The position numbers and the translations under genes are program-made. From assembly GCA_015493585.1 (NCBI GenBank), contig WGCW01000016.1:30668-94667 (forward strand): a stretch of 64,000 bases of DNA. The letters run 5' to 3'. Below, in pieces: positions 9,686 to 18,274 of the stretch (the first letter of the stretch is position 1; each line of letters starts with the position of its first letter). The notes beneath the pieces are model-generated. The model worked only from the letters and a program-made list of their open reading frames with translations, ran no database searches and was not told the origin of the DNA. This stretch comes from Acidobacteriota bacterium (GTDB lineage: Bacteria; Acidobacteriota; Thermoanaerobaculia; Thermoanaerobaculales; Sulfomarinibacteraceae).

Positions 9686-11595
9686 TTATAACTCCTCTGG
9701 GTCGGAGTGACCCGTTCAAACTCCAGCGGCTCGATATGACGAACCGGCTCAGAATCCTCACCGGTGAATTCCCACACGGCCACATGCTGGAAGTGTTCAT
9801 CGTCACGGAGCGCCTCACCACCCTCGGTCTGGTGCTCCTCACGGAAGTGCCCGCCAGCGGACTCATCCCGGGCCAGAGCATCACGAGCGATCAGCTCGCC
9901 CAGCTCCAGGAAATCGGCCACGCGGCCAGCTTTTTCGAGCTCCTGGTTGATGTTGTGCTGGTCGCCCGGCACCCGGACGTTGTCCCAAAACTCGGCCCGA
10001 AGCTCCTGAATCTGTTTGATCGCATCCTTAAGCCCGGCTTCGTTGCGGGACATCCCCACTTTGTCCCACATAATCTTTCCGAGCTCACGATGGAACGTGT
10101 CGACGGTCTTCGTTCCCTTGACCGCCATAATCTTGTCTAGCCTCTTCTGAACGGCGTCCTCGGCTTCCTTAAATTCATCGGCATCGGTCGTCACGTCTCC
10201 GGACTTGATCCCGGCGAGGTACTGGCCAATCGTGTTTGGAATGATGAAGTACCCATCGGCCAAACCCTGCATCAGAGCACTGGCACCGAGCCGGTTTGCG
10301 CCGTGATCAGAGAAGTTCGCCTCGCCGAGCACGAAGAGCCCGGGGATCGTGCTCATCAGCTCGTAGTCGACCCAGAGGCCGCCCATCGAGTAATGCGGCG
10401 CCGGATAGATCCGCATGGGGGTTTCATACGCGTTCTCACCGGTGATGCGCTCGTACATATCGAACAGGTTTCCGTACCGTTCAACAATCACATCCTTGCC
10501 GAGCCGCTTGATCGCATCGCGCAAATCCAGATATACGCCGCGGCCGGTCGGGCCGACGCCGTACCCCTCATCGCACATGTACTTCGCATTGCGCGACGCC
10601 ACGTCGCGCGGAACCATATTCCCGTATGCCGGATACTTCTCCTCGAGGTAGTAGTACCGCTCGGATTCCGGAATCGAGTTTGGATCCCGCGTGTCGTGTT
10701 TCTTGCGTGGCACCCAGATCCGGCCGTCGTTTCGTAGCGACTCTGACATCAGGGTCAGCTTCGACTGGTAGTCGCCGGTGTGCGGGATGCACGTCGGGTG
10801 GATCTGCATGTAACAGGGATTCGCAAAGCCAGCGCCGCGCCGGTACGCCCGCCAGGCGGCGGTCGCATTGGACCCCATCGCATTGGTCGAGAGGTAGTAG
10901 ACGTTGACGTAGCCACCGGTCGCGAGAATCACCGCATCGGCCGCGTACGCCTCGAGCTCACCGGTCAGCATGTTGCGGACGATGATGCCGCGGGCCTTGC
11001 CGTCGACGACGACCAGATCCTGCATGTCCGTGCGCGGATGCAGCTCAATCTTTCCGGCAGCCACCTGGCGGGACAGCGCGGAGTACGCACCCAAAAGGAG
11101 CTGTTGACCGGTCGCCCCTCGGGCGTAGAACGTCCGGGAGACGAGCGCGCCACCGAACGACCGGTTCCTGAGGTAGCCGGAGTACTCCCGCGCGAACGGC
11201 ACACCCTGGGCGACGCACTGATCGATGATATTGGAGCTCAGCTCGGCCAGCCGGTAGGTGTTCGCTTCACGACCGCGGAAATCACCACCTTTGATCGTGT
11301 CGTAGAACAGGCGCCAGACGGAATCACCGTCATTCTGGTAGTTTTTGGTAGCGTTGATACCGCCCTGAGCCGCGATGCTGTGGGCCCGCCGTGCGCTGTC
11401 CTGATAGCAAAAAGATTTAACGTTGTACCCGAGCTCGGCCATCGTCGCAGCAGCCGACGCACCGGCGAGGCCGGTGCCGACGATGATGACCGTGTGCTTG
11501 CGCTTGTTGGCCGGACTCAGGAGCTTGACGTGTTCCACGTAATTGGTCCACTTCTGCTCCAGTGGACCGGACGGGATATGAGCGTCTAACTTCAT
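9682..11595 (-). CDS. sdhA: Succinate dehydrogenase/fumarate reductase flavoprotein subunit
   Basis: 637 aa. FAD-binding [14 protein letters not shown], the [11 protein letters not shown] covalent-FAD histidine context, and [10 protein letters not shown]. It has a 4-nt overlap with sdhB. Confidence 0.9.
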   Translation of the reverse strand: MKLDAHIPSGPLEQKWTNYVEHVKLLSPANKRKHTVIIVGTGLAGASAAATMAELGYNVKSFCYQDSARRAHSIAAQGGINATKNYQNDGDSVWRLFYDTIKGGDFRGREANTYRLAELSSNIIDQCVAQGVPFAREYSGYLRNRSFGGALVSRTFYARGATGQQLLLGAYSALSRQVAAGKIELHPRTDMQDLVVVDGKARGIIVRNMLTGELEAYAADAVILATGGYVNVYYLSTNAMGSNATAAWRAYRRGAGFANPCYMQIHPTCIPHTGDYQSKLTLMSESLRNDGRIWVPRKKHDTRDPNSIPESERYYYLEEKYPAYGNMVPRDVASRNAKYMCDEGYGVGPTGRGVYLDLRDAIKRLGKDVIVERYGNLFDMYERITGENAYETPMRIYPAPHYSMGGLWVDYELMSTIPGLFVLGEANFSDHGANRLGASALMQGLADGYFIIPNTIGQYLAGIKSGDVTTDADEFKEAEDAVQKRLDKIMAVKGTKTVDTFHRELGKIMWDKVGMSRNEAGLKDAIKQIQELRAEFWDNVRVPGDQHNINQELEKAGRVADFLELGELIARDALARDESAGGHFREEHQTEGGEALRDDEHFQHVAVWEFTGEDSEPVRHIEPLEFERVTPTQRSYK

Positions 11596-11604
11596 CGGTC
11601 CCTC

Positions 11605-12339
11605 CTAGTGCACCCATCCCGCCCACACGGAGACGGGAATGGAGATGTTGCCGATAGCAATGGCGTACGCGAAGATGATGGCAAAGATGCGCCGCCAGTG
11701 ATTGAACCTCGGGTGGCTCCAACCCAGGGTCTGGAAGAGACTCCACAACCCATGGTAGAGGTGGAATCCAAGCAGCAGGTTCGCGACGATATAGATGATG
11801 GCGATCCCAGGATGCTGGAATCCGCTGACCACGTTACGGTACACATCGATCTGCCCGTTCGCCGTGTAGTGGAGCTGGTAGACGGAACCAAGGGTCAGAT
11901 GCATCAGGTGGAAGATGATGAAGAGCAGGATAATCGGTCCGCTCCAGACCATCGTCCGGGCCGCATAATCAACCGCAGGATCCTTCTTGATCTTGTAGTT
12001 GACCGGGCCGCGCGCACCGTAGCTCTGGTACCAGACCTGCACCGCTGCGACAATGTGCACGAGCACACATGCCAGGAGAATGATCCGCACCGGCCAGAGA
12101 ATTTCCGGCACACTGTGCAGGAAGTGCCCGTAGCGGTTCAGCGCTTCCGGCCCGATGTAGATCTGCAGGTTACCGATCATGTGGACGAAGACGAACAGGA
12201 ACATAATGATTCCTGTAACCGCCATCCACATCTTCTTGCCGATGGACGAGCCGTAAAACCCAAGACTTGTGTCCATAGCCCTTCGAAGACCTCCCCCCGA
12301 ATAATTCCGACCTGCCATTATGGACCGGCCAGTGCGCAT
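11605..12339 (-). CDS. sdhC: Succinate dehydrogenase cytochrome b subunit (single-subunit b558 type)
   Basis: Five hydrophobic helices with conserved His residues (..FVFVHMIGNLQIY.., ..CVLVHIVAA.., ..FHLYHGLWS..), directly upstream of sdhA. The start is uncertain; ATG at 12339, 12318 or 12276 are all possible. Confidence 0.75.
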   Translation of the reverse strand: MRTGRSIMAGRNYSGGGLRRAMDTSLGFYGSSIGKKMWMAVTGIIMFLFVFVHMIGNLQIYIGPEALNRYGHFLHSVPEILWPVRIILLACVLVHIVAAVQVWYQSYGARGPVNYKIKKDPAVDYAARTMVWSGPIILLFIIFHLMHLTLGSVYQLHYTANGQIDVYRNVVSGFQHPGIAIIYIVANLLLGFHLYHGLWSLFQTLGWSHPRFNHWRRIFAIIFAYAIAIGNISIPVSVWAGWVH

Positions 12340-12453
12340 ATCGTATTCCTTTGAGAAAATTTTCTCAAGCGCTCATCTCCCCCCTCGTGATGAGCGCCGC
12401 AGGCTGCAACCGTCAGCGCCGCCTCCCACATCTCCCGAGCACGCGTGATCCGA

Positions 12454-12672
12454 GGTTGTTGCGCTACGCCCGGTCGCCCGGAAGCAGCCTTGCAGCGCGG
12501 ACTTGAATCCGCATCTTCTTGTACTACAACGCGTCGAGCGTACGATGCGGACTGAAGTCTGCGCTCCCGCCGGCGCTCTCCCCGCGATCGATCGCCTTGG
12601 CGTTGGGATGAGTATGCTTCGATCGCGGTCGTATCCACTGGAATCAGCCGGGTTCCGCACAGCGCAACAGCC
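12454..12672. repeat. Structured intergenic repeat, copy A (terminal inverted repeats; related to 42579..42764)
   Basis: Aligns along its whole length with 42579..42764, apart from a roughly 31-33 nt insertion. The ends GGTTGTTGCGCT... and ...AGCGCAACAGCC are reverse complements. Internal hairpins include GCGGAC-TGAA-GTCTGC. Confidence 0.6.
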
Positions 12673-12716
12673 GCCATCCCAACCCCCCTTTCCCCCTCCC
12701 ATGCTACTGTGAACCC

Positions 12717-13394
12717 GTGCTGATCGCCGAGACGTACGTCAGCCTTCAGGGCGAGGGGATCCTGGCTGGGACCCCATCGTTCTTGATCCGCACGTCGGGA
12801 TGCAACCTCCGGTGCCGGTGGTGCGATACGCCATATGCATCCTGGTTCCCGATGGGCCGGCGCAGGCGCGTCCCGGAGCTCGTCGAGGAAGCCCGCCAGG
12901 CGGGACCGCATCACGTCGTCCTGACCGGGGGAGAGCCACTGCTCCAACGTGAGGCTGGCGAGCTGACACGCGCACTCCGGAGCGCAGGTTTCCACCTGAC
13001 CGTCGAGACATCGGGGACCGTCTCCCCGGAATTTGAGTGTGATCTCCTCTCGGTCTCGCCGAAGACCTCTTCCTCCGATCCGGAGGGACCATGGCGGGAG
13101 CGGCACCGTGCCACACGACAGAACGTGGCGCCGCTGATCGATCTCCTTGCCAGGTTCCCTGCATTTCAGCTCAAGTTTGTTATCGACAGCGAACGCGATC
13201 TCCCCGAAATCGTACATTTGCTCCATCGCCTCGGCGACCCGGACCCGGGGCGTGTGCTCCTGATGCCGCAGGGGCGAACCCCGCAGGAGGCCGCGCGCCG
13301 GGCGCCGATGGTGGCGGCCTTGTGTCTCGAGCACGGCTTTCGGTACACTCCACGCCTCCAGCTGGATCTCTTCGGCGGAGGAAGAGGAGTGTGA
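12717..13394 (+). CDS. queE: 7-carboxy-7-deazaguanine synthase (radical SAM)
   Basis: 225 aa, GTG start. N-terminus ...ETYVSLQGEGILAGTPSFLIRTSGCNLRCRWCDTPYASW carries the QueE CX3CX2C-type cluster motif. Confidence 0.85.
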   Translation: MLIAETYVSLQGEGILAGTPSFLIRTSGCNLRCRWCDTPYASWFPMGRRRRVPELVEEARQAGPHHVVLTGGEPLLQREAGELTRALRSAGFHLTVETSGTVSPEFECDLLSVSPKTSSSDPEGPWRERHRATRQNVAPLIDLLARFPAFQLKFVIDSERDLPEIVHLLHRLGDPDPGRVLLMPQGRTPQEAARRAPMVAALCLEHGFRYTPRLQLDLFGGGRGV

Positions 13395-13867
13395 TGGGCA
13401 CGTTTCGAGTCGCCAAGACATTCGAGGTCGAGTACGCACACCGGCTCACAAAGCACCCGGAAAGGTGCCGTTTCCCGCACGGTCACAGGATGAAGATCGA
13501 GATCGTGGTTCGCAGCGGCAGTCTGGATGCGCACGACATGGTCTGTGATTACAAAGCGCTCAAGGGGCTGGTCGAAGACCTGATCGATGGGCTCGATCAT
13601 GCGTTGACGCTGAACGCCGCCGACCCTCACCGCGCCCAGCTCGAAGCGATGAGCTCGCGCGTGATCGCCTTCGAGGGGCAGGATCCGACGGCTGAGGCTC
13701 TCGCGCACCGGCTCTTCGAACAGATTGCATCGCGTTTGGAATCGAATCGTGAGATCGTCAGTTCGAGCGGTGCCACCTATGCGGTGCCGGCTGGCGTTCG
13801 CCTCGAACGGGTGCGCGTGTGGGAAACGGCGACGTCATGGGCGGAGTACTCCGGCGATGCAACCTGA
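13394..13867 (+). CDS. queD: 6-carboxy-5,6,7,8-tetrahydropterin synthase
   Basis: MGTFRVAKTFEVEYAHRL...CRFPHGHRMKIEIVV...MVCDYKALK is a PTPS/QueD signature. The ATG overlaps the queE TGA by 1 nt. The tracked ORF 13091..13867 has a spurious N-terminal extension. Confidence 0.85.
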   Translation: MGTFRVAKTFEVEYAHRLTKHPERCRFPHGHRMKIEIVVRSGSLDAHDMVCDYKALKGLVEDLIDGLDHALTLNAADPHRAQLEAMSSRVIAFEGQDPTAEALAHRLFEQIASRLESNREIVSSSGATYAVPAGVRLERVRVWETATSWAEYSGDAT

Positions 13868-13917
13868 TCAGCCCGGCACCCTTCTCGTGACGACGAATCG
13901 TTGCGCCCGGAGGTGCC

Positions 13918-14955
13918 ATGCGGGATGAGGCTTTAGTCAGACCGGACGCCGCCAGGGCCTGGCTTGACAGGCTCGCCCGTCCTATCGCCATCACCGGCGG
14001 CACCGGCTTCGTCGGCTCGCACCTCGTGGAAACGCTCGTGGCTGCACGAATCCGGCCGCGGGTGCTCGTCCGCAACCCGGAAAAGCCACGGTGGATCGCC
14101 GGTCTCGGTGTGACGTGGGTTCCCGGGTCACTCGACGATCTGGAGGCCCTCCGCACACTGGTCTCCGGCGCTGGAACCGTCATTCACCTGGCTGGCGTCG
14201 TCCGCGCCCCGTCAGCATCCGGCTTCGACCGTGGCAACCGGGCCGGGACGGCCAACGTCGTCCGCGCCATCGAGGATGCGGCACCGGAGGCACGCCTGGT
14301 CCATGTCTCATCGCTAGCGGCCGTTGGCCCGTCAGAGACGATCGAAGGTGTCGCCCCCGGCACCGAGCCACACCCGATCTCCGCCTATGGGAGATCGAAG
14401 CTGGCCGCCGAGCAGGAGGTCCGGAAGCTGGGATCTGGCGTGAGCTGGATCATCCTGAGACCGCCCGCGATCTACGGCCCACGCGACACGGACGTTTTCC
14501 AGTTCTTCCGGCTGGCCGCGGATCATTTCGTCCCAGTCCCCAAGGGCGAACGCTGGATCACGGTTGCCTACGTAGCCGATGTCGTACGGGCCGTGCTTGC
14601 CGCTGCGGCGGGCGCGGGAGGCGCCGGGCAGATCATGCACCTCGGAGAACCCGATCCGTACCGTTTGCAAGCTTTGATTCGCCTGCTGGCCGATGCCGGC
14701 GGGGTTCGCGCGGCGATTGTGCCGGTACCCGCCGCAATTCTGAAAACCGCGGGCGTCCTGGGCAGCGGGCTCCACAGGCTCGGTTTTCATCGAGTTGCGA
14801 TGACCCGCGACAAGGCGCGGGAGCTCCTCGCCCGGCACTGGACGTCGGACACCACAGAATCGCTCCAAGCGCTCGAGCTTGGGACATGGACCGCTTTCCC
14901 GGAGGGAGCCCGCGAGGCCTGGACGTGGTACCGGAAACACAGGTGGTTGAGGTAA
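13918..14955 (+). CDS. NAD-dependent epimerase/dehydratase-family (extended SDR) protein
   Basis: 345 aa. Rossmann motif ITGGTGFVGSHLV and catalytic YGRSK. Substrate unknown (see findings). Confidence 0.75.
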   Translation: MRDEALVRPDAARAWLDRLARPIAITGGTGFVGSHLVETLVAARIRPRVLVRNPEKPRWIAGLGVTWVPGSLDDLEALRTLVSGAGTVIHLAGVVRAPSASGFDRGNRAGTANVVRAIEDAAPEARLVHVSSLAAVGPSETIEGVAPGTEPHPISAYGRSKLAAEQEVRKLGSGVSWIILRPPAIYGPRDTDVFQFFRLAADHFVPVPKGERWITVAYVADVVRAVLAAAAGAGGAGQIMHLGEPDPYRLQALIRLLADAGGVRAAIVPVPAAILKTAGVLGSGLHRLGFHRVAMTRDKARELLARHWTSDTTESLQALELGTWTAFPEGAREAWTWYRKHRWLR

Positions 14956-15002
14956 GATGCGTTCAGCGTTGAAGTCGCTGTGAAGACCTTCAAGGAGGAG
15001 AC

Positions 15003-16187
15003 GTGGACGTATTCCAGAAATGTTTTGATTTCCGTGCGGCGAATGCAATCCGTGAGATCGGGCTCTATCCCTATTTCCGCGTGATCTCGTCGGCTCAGGA
15101 TCCGGTGGTCACGATCGACGGCCATGAGCTCGTCATGCTCGGCTCGAACAACTATCTCGGCTTGACCAACCACCCCGAGGTCAAAGAGGCGGCCGTTCAG
15201 GCGGTCCGCGAGTACGGCAGCGGGGCGGCAGGATCACGATTCCTCAACGGAACACTCAAGATCCACATCGAGCTCGAGAAGATGTTGGCCGAATTCATCG
15301 GGCGCGAGGCCGCGCTGGTCTTTTCAACCGGCTTTCAAGTCAACCTTGGCACGATCTCGTGCCTCCTGGACCGCCGGGACCTGGTCTTCTTAGACGCGCT
15401 CGATCATGCCTGCATCATCGACGGCGCCCGGCTTGGGTTTGGGCGGACGGTCAAGTACAAGCATAACGACATGAAAGACCTCGAAGAACGTCTCGCCGCT
15501 GCAGATGACGAAAAGGGCAAGCTGATCGTCACCGATGGCGTCTTTTCGATGGAGGGCGACCTCGCCGACCTGCCCGGCCTTGTCGAGCTCAAAGAAAAGT
15601 ACGGCGCCCGGTTGATGGTCGATGATGCGCACGCCGTTGGTGTCTTCGGCGCTCACGGCCGGGGTACTGCCGAACATTTTGGTGTCGAGGAACGGGTCGA
15701 CCTGATGATGGGAACGTTCTCGAAATCGCTGGCGGCGGTCGGTGGCTACATCGCCGGGGACGCCACCATCATCGACTACATCAAACACAGCGCCCGGAGC
15801 TTGATCTTCTCGGCCTCACCGCCCCCAGCGTCCGTGGCCTCCGTGCTCAAGGCGATCGAGATTCTCAAGCGCGAGCCGGAACGGCGCGAGCGCCTATGGG
15901 AAAACACTGCGTACATGAAGAAGGAGTTCGTCAACCTTGGCTTCGATACCGGCAACTCCGACTCGCCGGTCATTCCGCTCGTCGTTGGCGAGGACCTCAC
16001 CGCCTTCCAAATGACCAAACGTCTCCAGGAGGAGGGTGTGTTCGCCAATCCGGTGGTCTCACCGGCCGTTCCCCCGGGACGCGCCATGATGCGGACGTCG
16101 TACATGGCGACCCACACACGGGAGCACCTCGACCGTTCCCTCGAAGCCTTTGCCAAGGTCGGACGGGAGATGGGAGTGATTTCCTGA
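15003..16187 (+). CDS. Alpha-oxoamine synthase, serine-palmitoyltransferase-like (PLP-dependent acyltransferase)
   Basis: 394 aa, GTG start preceded by AAGGAGGAG. Motifs: LGSNNYLGL, GSGAAGSRFLNGT, DDAHAVG, and PLP-lysine context GTFSKSLAAVGGY. The family is certain; the SPT subfamily assignment rests on my recollection of motifs. Confidence 0.8.
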   Translation: MDVFQKCFDFRAANAIREIGLYPYFRVISSAQDPVVTIDGHELVMLGSNNYLGLTNHPEVKEAAVQAVREYGSGAAGSRFLNGTLKIHIELEKMLAEFIGREAALVFSTGFQVNLGTISCLLDRRDLVFLDALDHACIIDGARLGFGRTVKYKHNDMKDLEERLAAADDEKGKLIVTDGVFSMEGDLADLPGLVELKEKYGARLMVDDAHAVGVFGAHGRGTAEHFGVEERVDLMMGTFSKSLAAVGGYIAGDATIIDYIKHSARSLIFSASPPPASVASVLKAIEILKREPERRERLWENTAYMKKEFVNLGFDTGNSDSPVIPLVVGEDLTAFQMTKRLQEEGVFANPVVSPAVPPGRAMMRTSYMATHTREHLDRSLEAFAKVGREMGVIS

Positions 16188-16188
16188 C

Positions 16189-17355
16189 ATGGCACAGATC
16201 GAGGTCCGCACGGTCACATCCCGCTCAGATCTTGCCTCGTTCGTCGATCTCCCGTGGCAGTTGTACCGGACCGATCCCAACTGGGTCCCGCCGCTCAAGT
16301 CCGCCGTCCGTGAGATTCTCGATACCTCACGCCATCCCTTCTACGGCGGCGGTGCGGATGCAGAGCGGGAGCTGTTTCTGGCGCTCGAAGACGGGCGCCC
16401 CGTTGGCCGCATCGCCGCCATCCTCAACCACGCCCACAACCGCTTCCACGACGAGAACATCGCCTTTTTTGGCTTCTTTGAAGCGATCGACAGCGAGGCG
16501 GTGACGCGGGCGTTGTTCCAAGCGGCCGAAGCGTGGGCTGCCGGCCGGGGTGCGAGCGCGCTCCGCGGACCCGCCAACCCGTCGACAAACTATGAATGCG
16601 GCCTCCTGGTCAAGGGGTTCGACGGCCCCCCCGTCCTAATGATGACGTATAACCCGCCGTACTACGCCGATCTGATCGAGGACGCGGGCTACGCCAAGGT
16701 CAAGGATCTCTACGCCTACATCTCGCCCGTTCACGGAAGGCATCTCGATCGCTTGATCCGGCTCGCGGAGAAAACCCGGAAGAAGTATCCGGAGCTGACG
16801 ACCCGCAAGGTCAACCTCAAGGACTTCAAGCACGAGGTCGAGCTCGTCCAGGAGATCTACAACGCCGCCTGGGAAAAGAACTGGGGATTCATCCCAATGT
16901 CGGACGCCGAGATCACGTGGATGGCGCGAGAGCTCAAGCCGCTCGTGCAGCAGGACCTTCTCCGCTTTGCGTTCATCGAGGACGAAGCGGCGGGATTCAT
17001 CCTCGCCATCCCCGACTGGAATCCCGTCTTGAAAGACCTCGGAGGTTCCCCCTGGAAACACCCCTTCAAGACCGTCAAGCACCTCCTGACGGCTAAACCG
17101 GAGAAGATGGAAGGCCTCCGGGTGATCACGATGGGTGTCAAGGCCAAGTTCCGCAAACGTGGGGCCGAGGGATTGCTCTTTGCCGAAGGCCTGGAGAACG
17201 CACTGAAGATTGGCTACAAGTGGTGCGAATATTCGTGGATTCTGGAGGACAACGAGCTGGCCAAGCGCACCGTCCGCCTGATGGACGCGGAGCTCTACAG
17301 GATCTATCGTTTCTATGAAAAACCGCTTACCGGCGGCGAAGGGCAGAAAACGTAG
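16189..17355 (+). CDS. GNAT-like acyltransferase-fold protein of unknown specificity
   Basis: 388 aa. Conserved-looking blocks are DPNWVPPL, GFFGFFEA, NPPYY and ...FRKRGAEGLL...SWILEDN (an acyl-CoA-binding-type segment). It starts 1 nt after the upstream stop. Confidence 0.5.
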   Translation: MAQIEVRTVTSRSDLASFVDLPWQLYRTDPNWVPPLKSAVREILDTSRHPFYGGGADAERELFLALEDGRPVGRIAAILNHAHNRFHDENIAFFGFFEAIDSEAVTRALFQAAEAWAAGRGASALRGPANPSTNYECGLLVKGFDGPPVLMMTYNPPYYADLIEDAGYAKVKDLYAYISPVHGRHLDRLIRLAEKTRKKYPELTTRKVNLKDFKHEVELVQEIYNAAWEKNWGFIPMSDAEITWMARELKPLVQQDLLRFAFIEDEAAGFILAIPDWNPVLKDLGGSPWKHPFKTVKHLLTAKPEKMEGLRVITMGVKAKFRKRGAEGLLFAEGLENALKIGYKWCEYSWILEDNELAKRTVRLMDAELYRIYRFYEKPLTGGEGQKT

Positions 17356-17364
17356 GGGTCACAG

Positions 17365-18204
17365 ATGCAACACATCAGCTTCGGAACACTGCTCTGGATC
17401 TTTTTCATTCTCCTGGCGTTCCAGCCGATGCTGCAGCAGAAGATGCTCGGCTCAGCGCGGCTCCGGCTAATCCGCGCCTTGGAACGGCGCCGTTCGAGCC
17501 GCGTGATCGCGATGATCCACCGCCAGGAGACGATGAACCTTCTCGGCTTTCCGCTGATCAAGTACATCGACATCCAGGATTCCGAGGAGATTCTGCGCGC
17601 GATCAAGCTAACCGGCCCATCCGTTCCGATCGACCTCGTCTTGCACACGCCCGGAGGCCTGGTGCTCGCGGCCGAGCAGATCGCCCATGCGATCAAGCAC
17701 CACCCGGCCAAGACAACAGTCTTCGTGCCCCACTACGCGATGTCGGGTGGCACGCTCCTGGCGCTCGCCGCTGACGAGATCGTCATGGATTCCAACGCCG
17801 TGCTGGGACCGGTCGATCCACAGCTCGGAACCCGGCCCGCCGCGGCGATCGTCCGGACGCTCGAGGCTAAGGGCGTCGCCAACTGTGACGACGAAACGGT
17901 GATCCTCGCCGACACGGCGAACATGGCGCTCTCCCAGGTCAGGAAGACTGTTGTCTCGCTGCTCGAAGACAAGATGAGCCCGGAGGCGGCCGATGCGCTC
18001 GCCGAGCAGATCTCCCAGGGTTGCTACACGCACGATCATTCATTCACGGTGGATGACATCAAGGCGTTCGGGCTCAACGTCTCGACCGACATGCCCGCCG
18101 AAATCTATCAGTTGATGGAGCTCCACCCCCAGCCGAAGCGGCAACTGCCAACCGTCGAGTACATCCCCGTCCCCTACCGGGCAAACCACGGCAAGCAGGG
18201 GTAA
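17365..18204 (+). CDS. Membrane-anchored ClpP-fold serine protease (SDH/SppA-like family)
   Basis: 279 aa. N-terminal TM helix, then ...VIAMIHRQE...DLVLHTPGGLVLAAEQIA...YAMSGGTLLALAADEIVM..., typical of the serine dehydrogenase proteinase family. Confidence 0.65.
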   Translation: MQHISFGTLLWIFFILLAFQPMLQQKMLGSARLRLIRALERRRSSRVIAMIHRQETMNLLGFPLIKYIDIQDSEEILRAIKLTGPSVPIDLVLHTPGGLVLAAEQIAHAIKHHPAKTTVFVPHYAMSGGTLLALAADEIVMDSNAVLGPVDPQLGTRPAAAIVRTLEAKGVANCDDETVILADTANMALSQVRKTVVSLLEDKMSPEAADALAEQISQGCYTHDHSFTVDDIKAFGLNVSTDMPAEIYQLMELHPQPKRQLPTVEYIPVPYRANHGKQG

Positions 18205-18274
18205 GCCCTGCCGGTCGACCGGGAAGACGGGCCAAAGGCGCAGCGTGCCCCGCGGTGAATCAGTGCGCCCCTTC

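Noticed and set aside
12454-12672. Structured repeat as RNase P RNA, SRP RNA, a cobalamin riboswitch or a preQ1 riboswitch (it precedes queE)
   Set aside because: Only short resemblances exist (CGGGCTCCGCACAG vs the RNase P CCGGGCUCCAUAG; GGAAGCAGCC vs SRP). The element is too short for RNase P and is present in two copies in different contexts. It lacks a B12 box and the preQ1 aptamer consensus.
12318-13439. 373-aa minus-strand ORF covering the sdhC-queE intergenic region and queE
   Set aside because: It runs through the structured repeat and antisense to queE, which has a clear radical-SAM motif. No recognisable domain.
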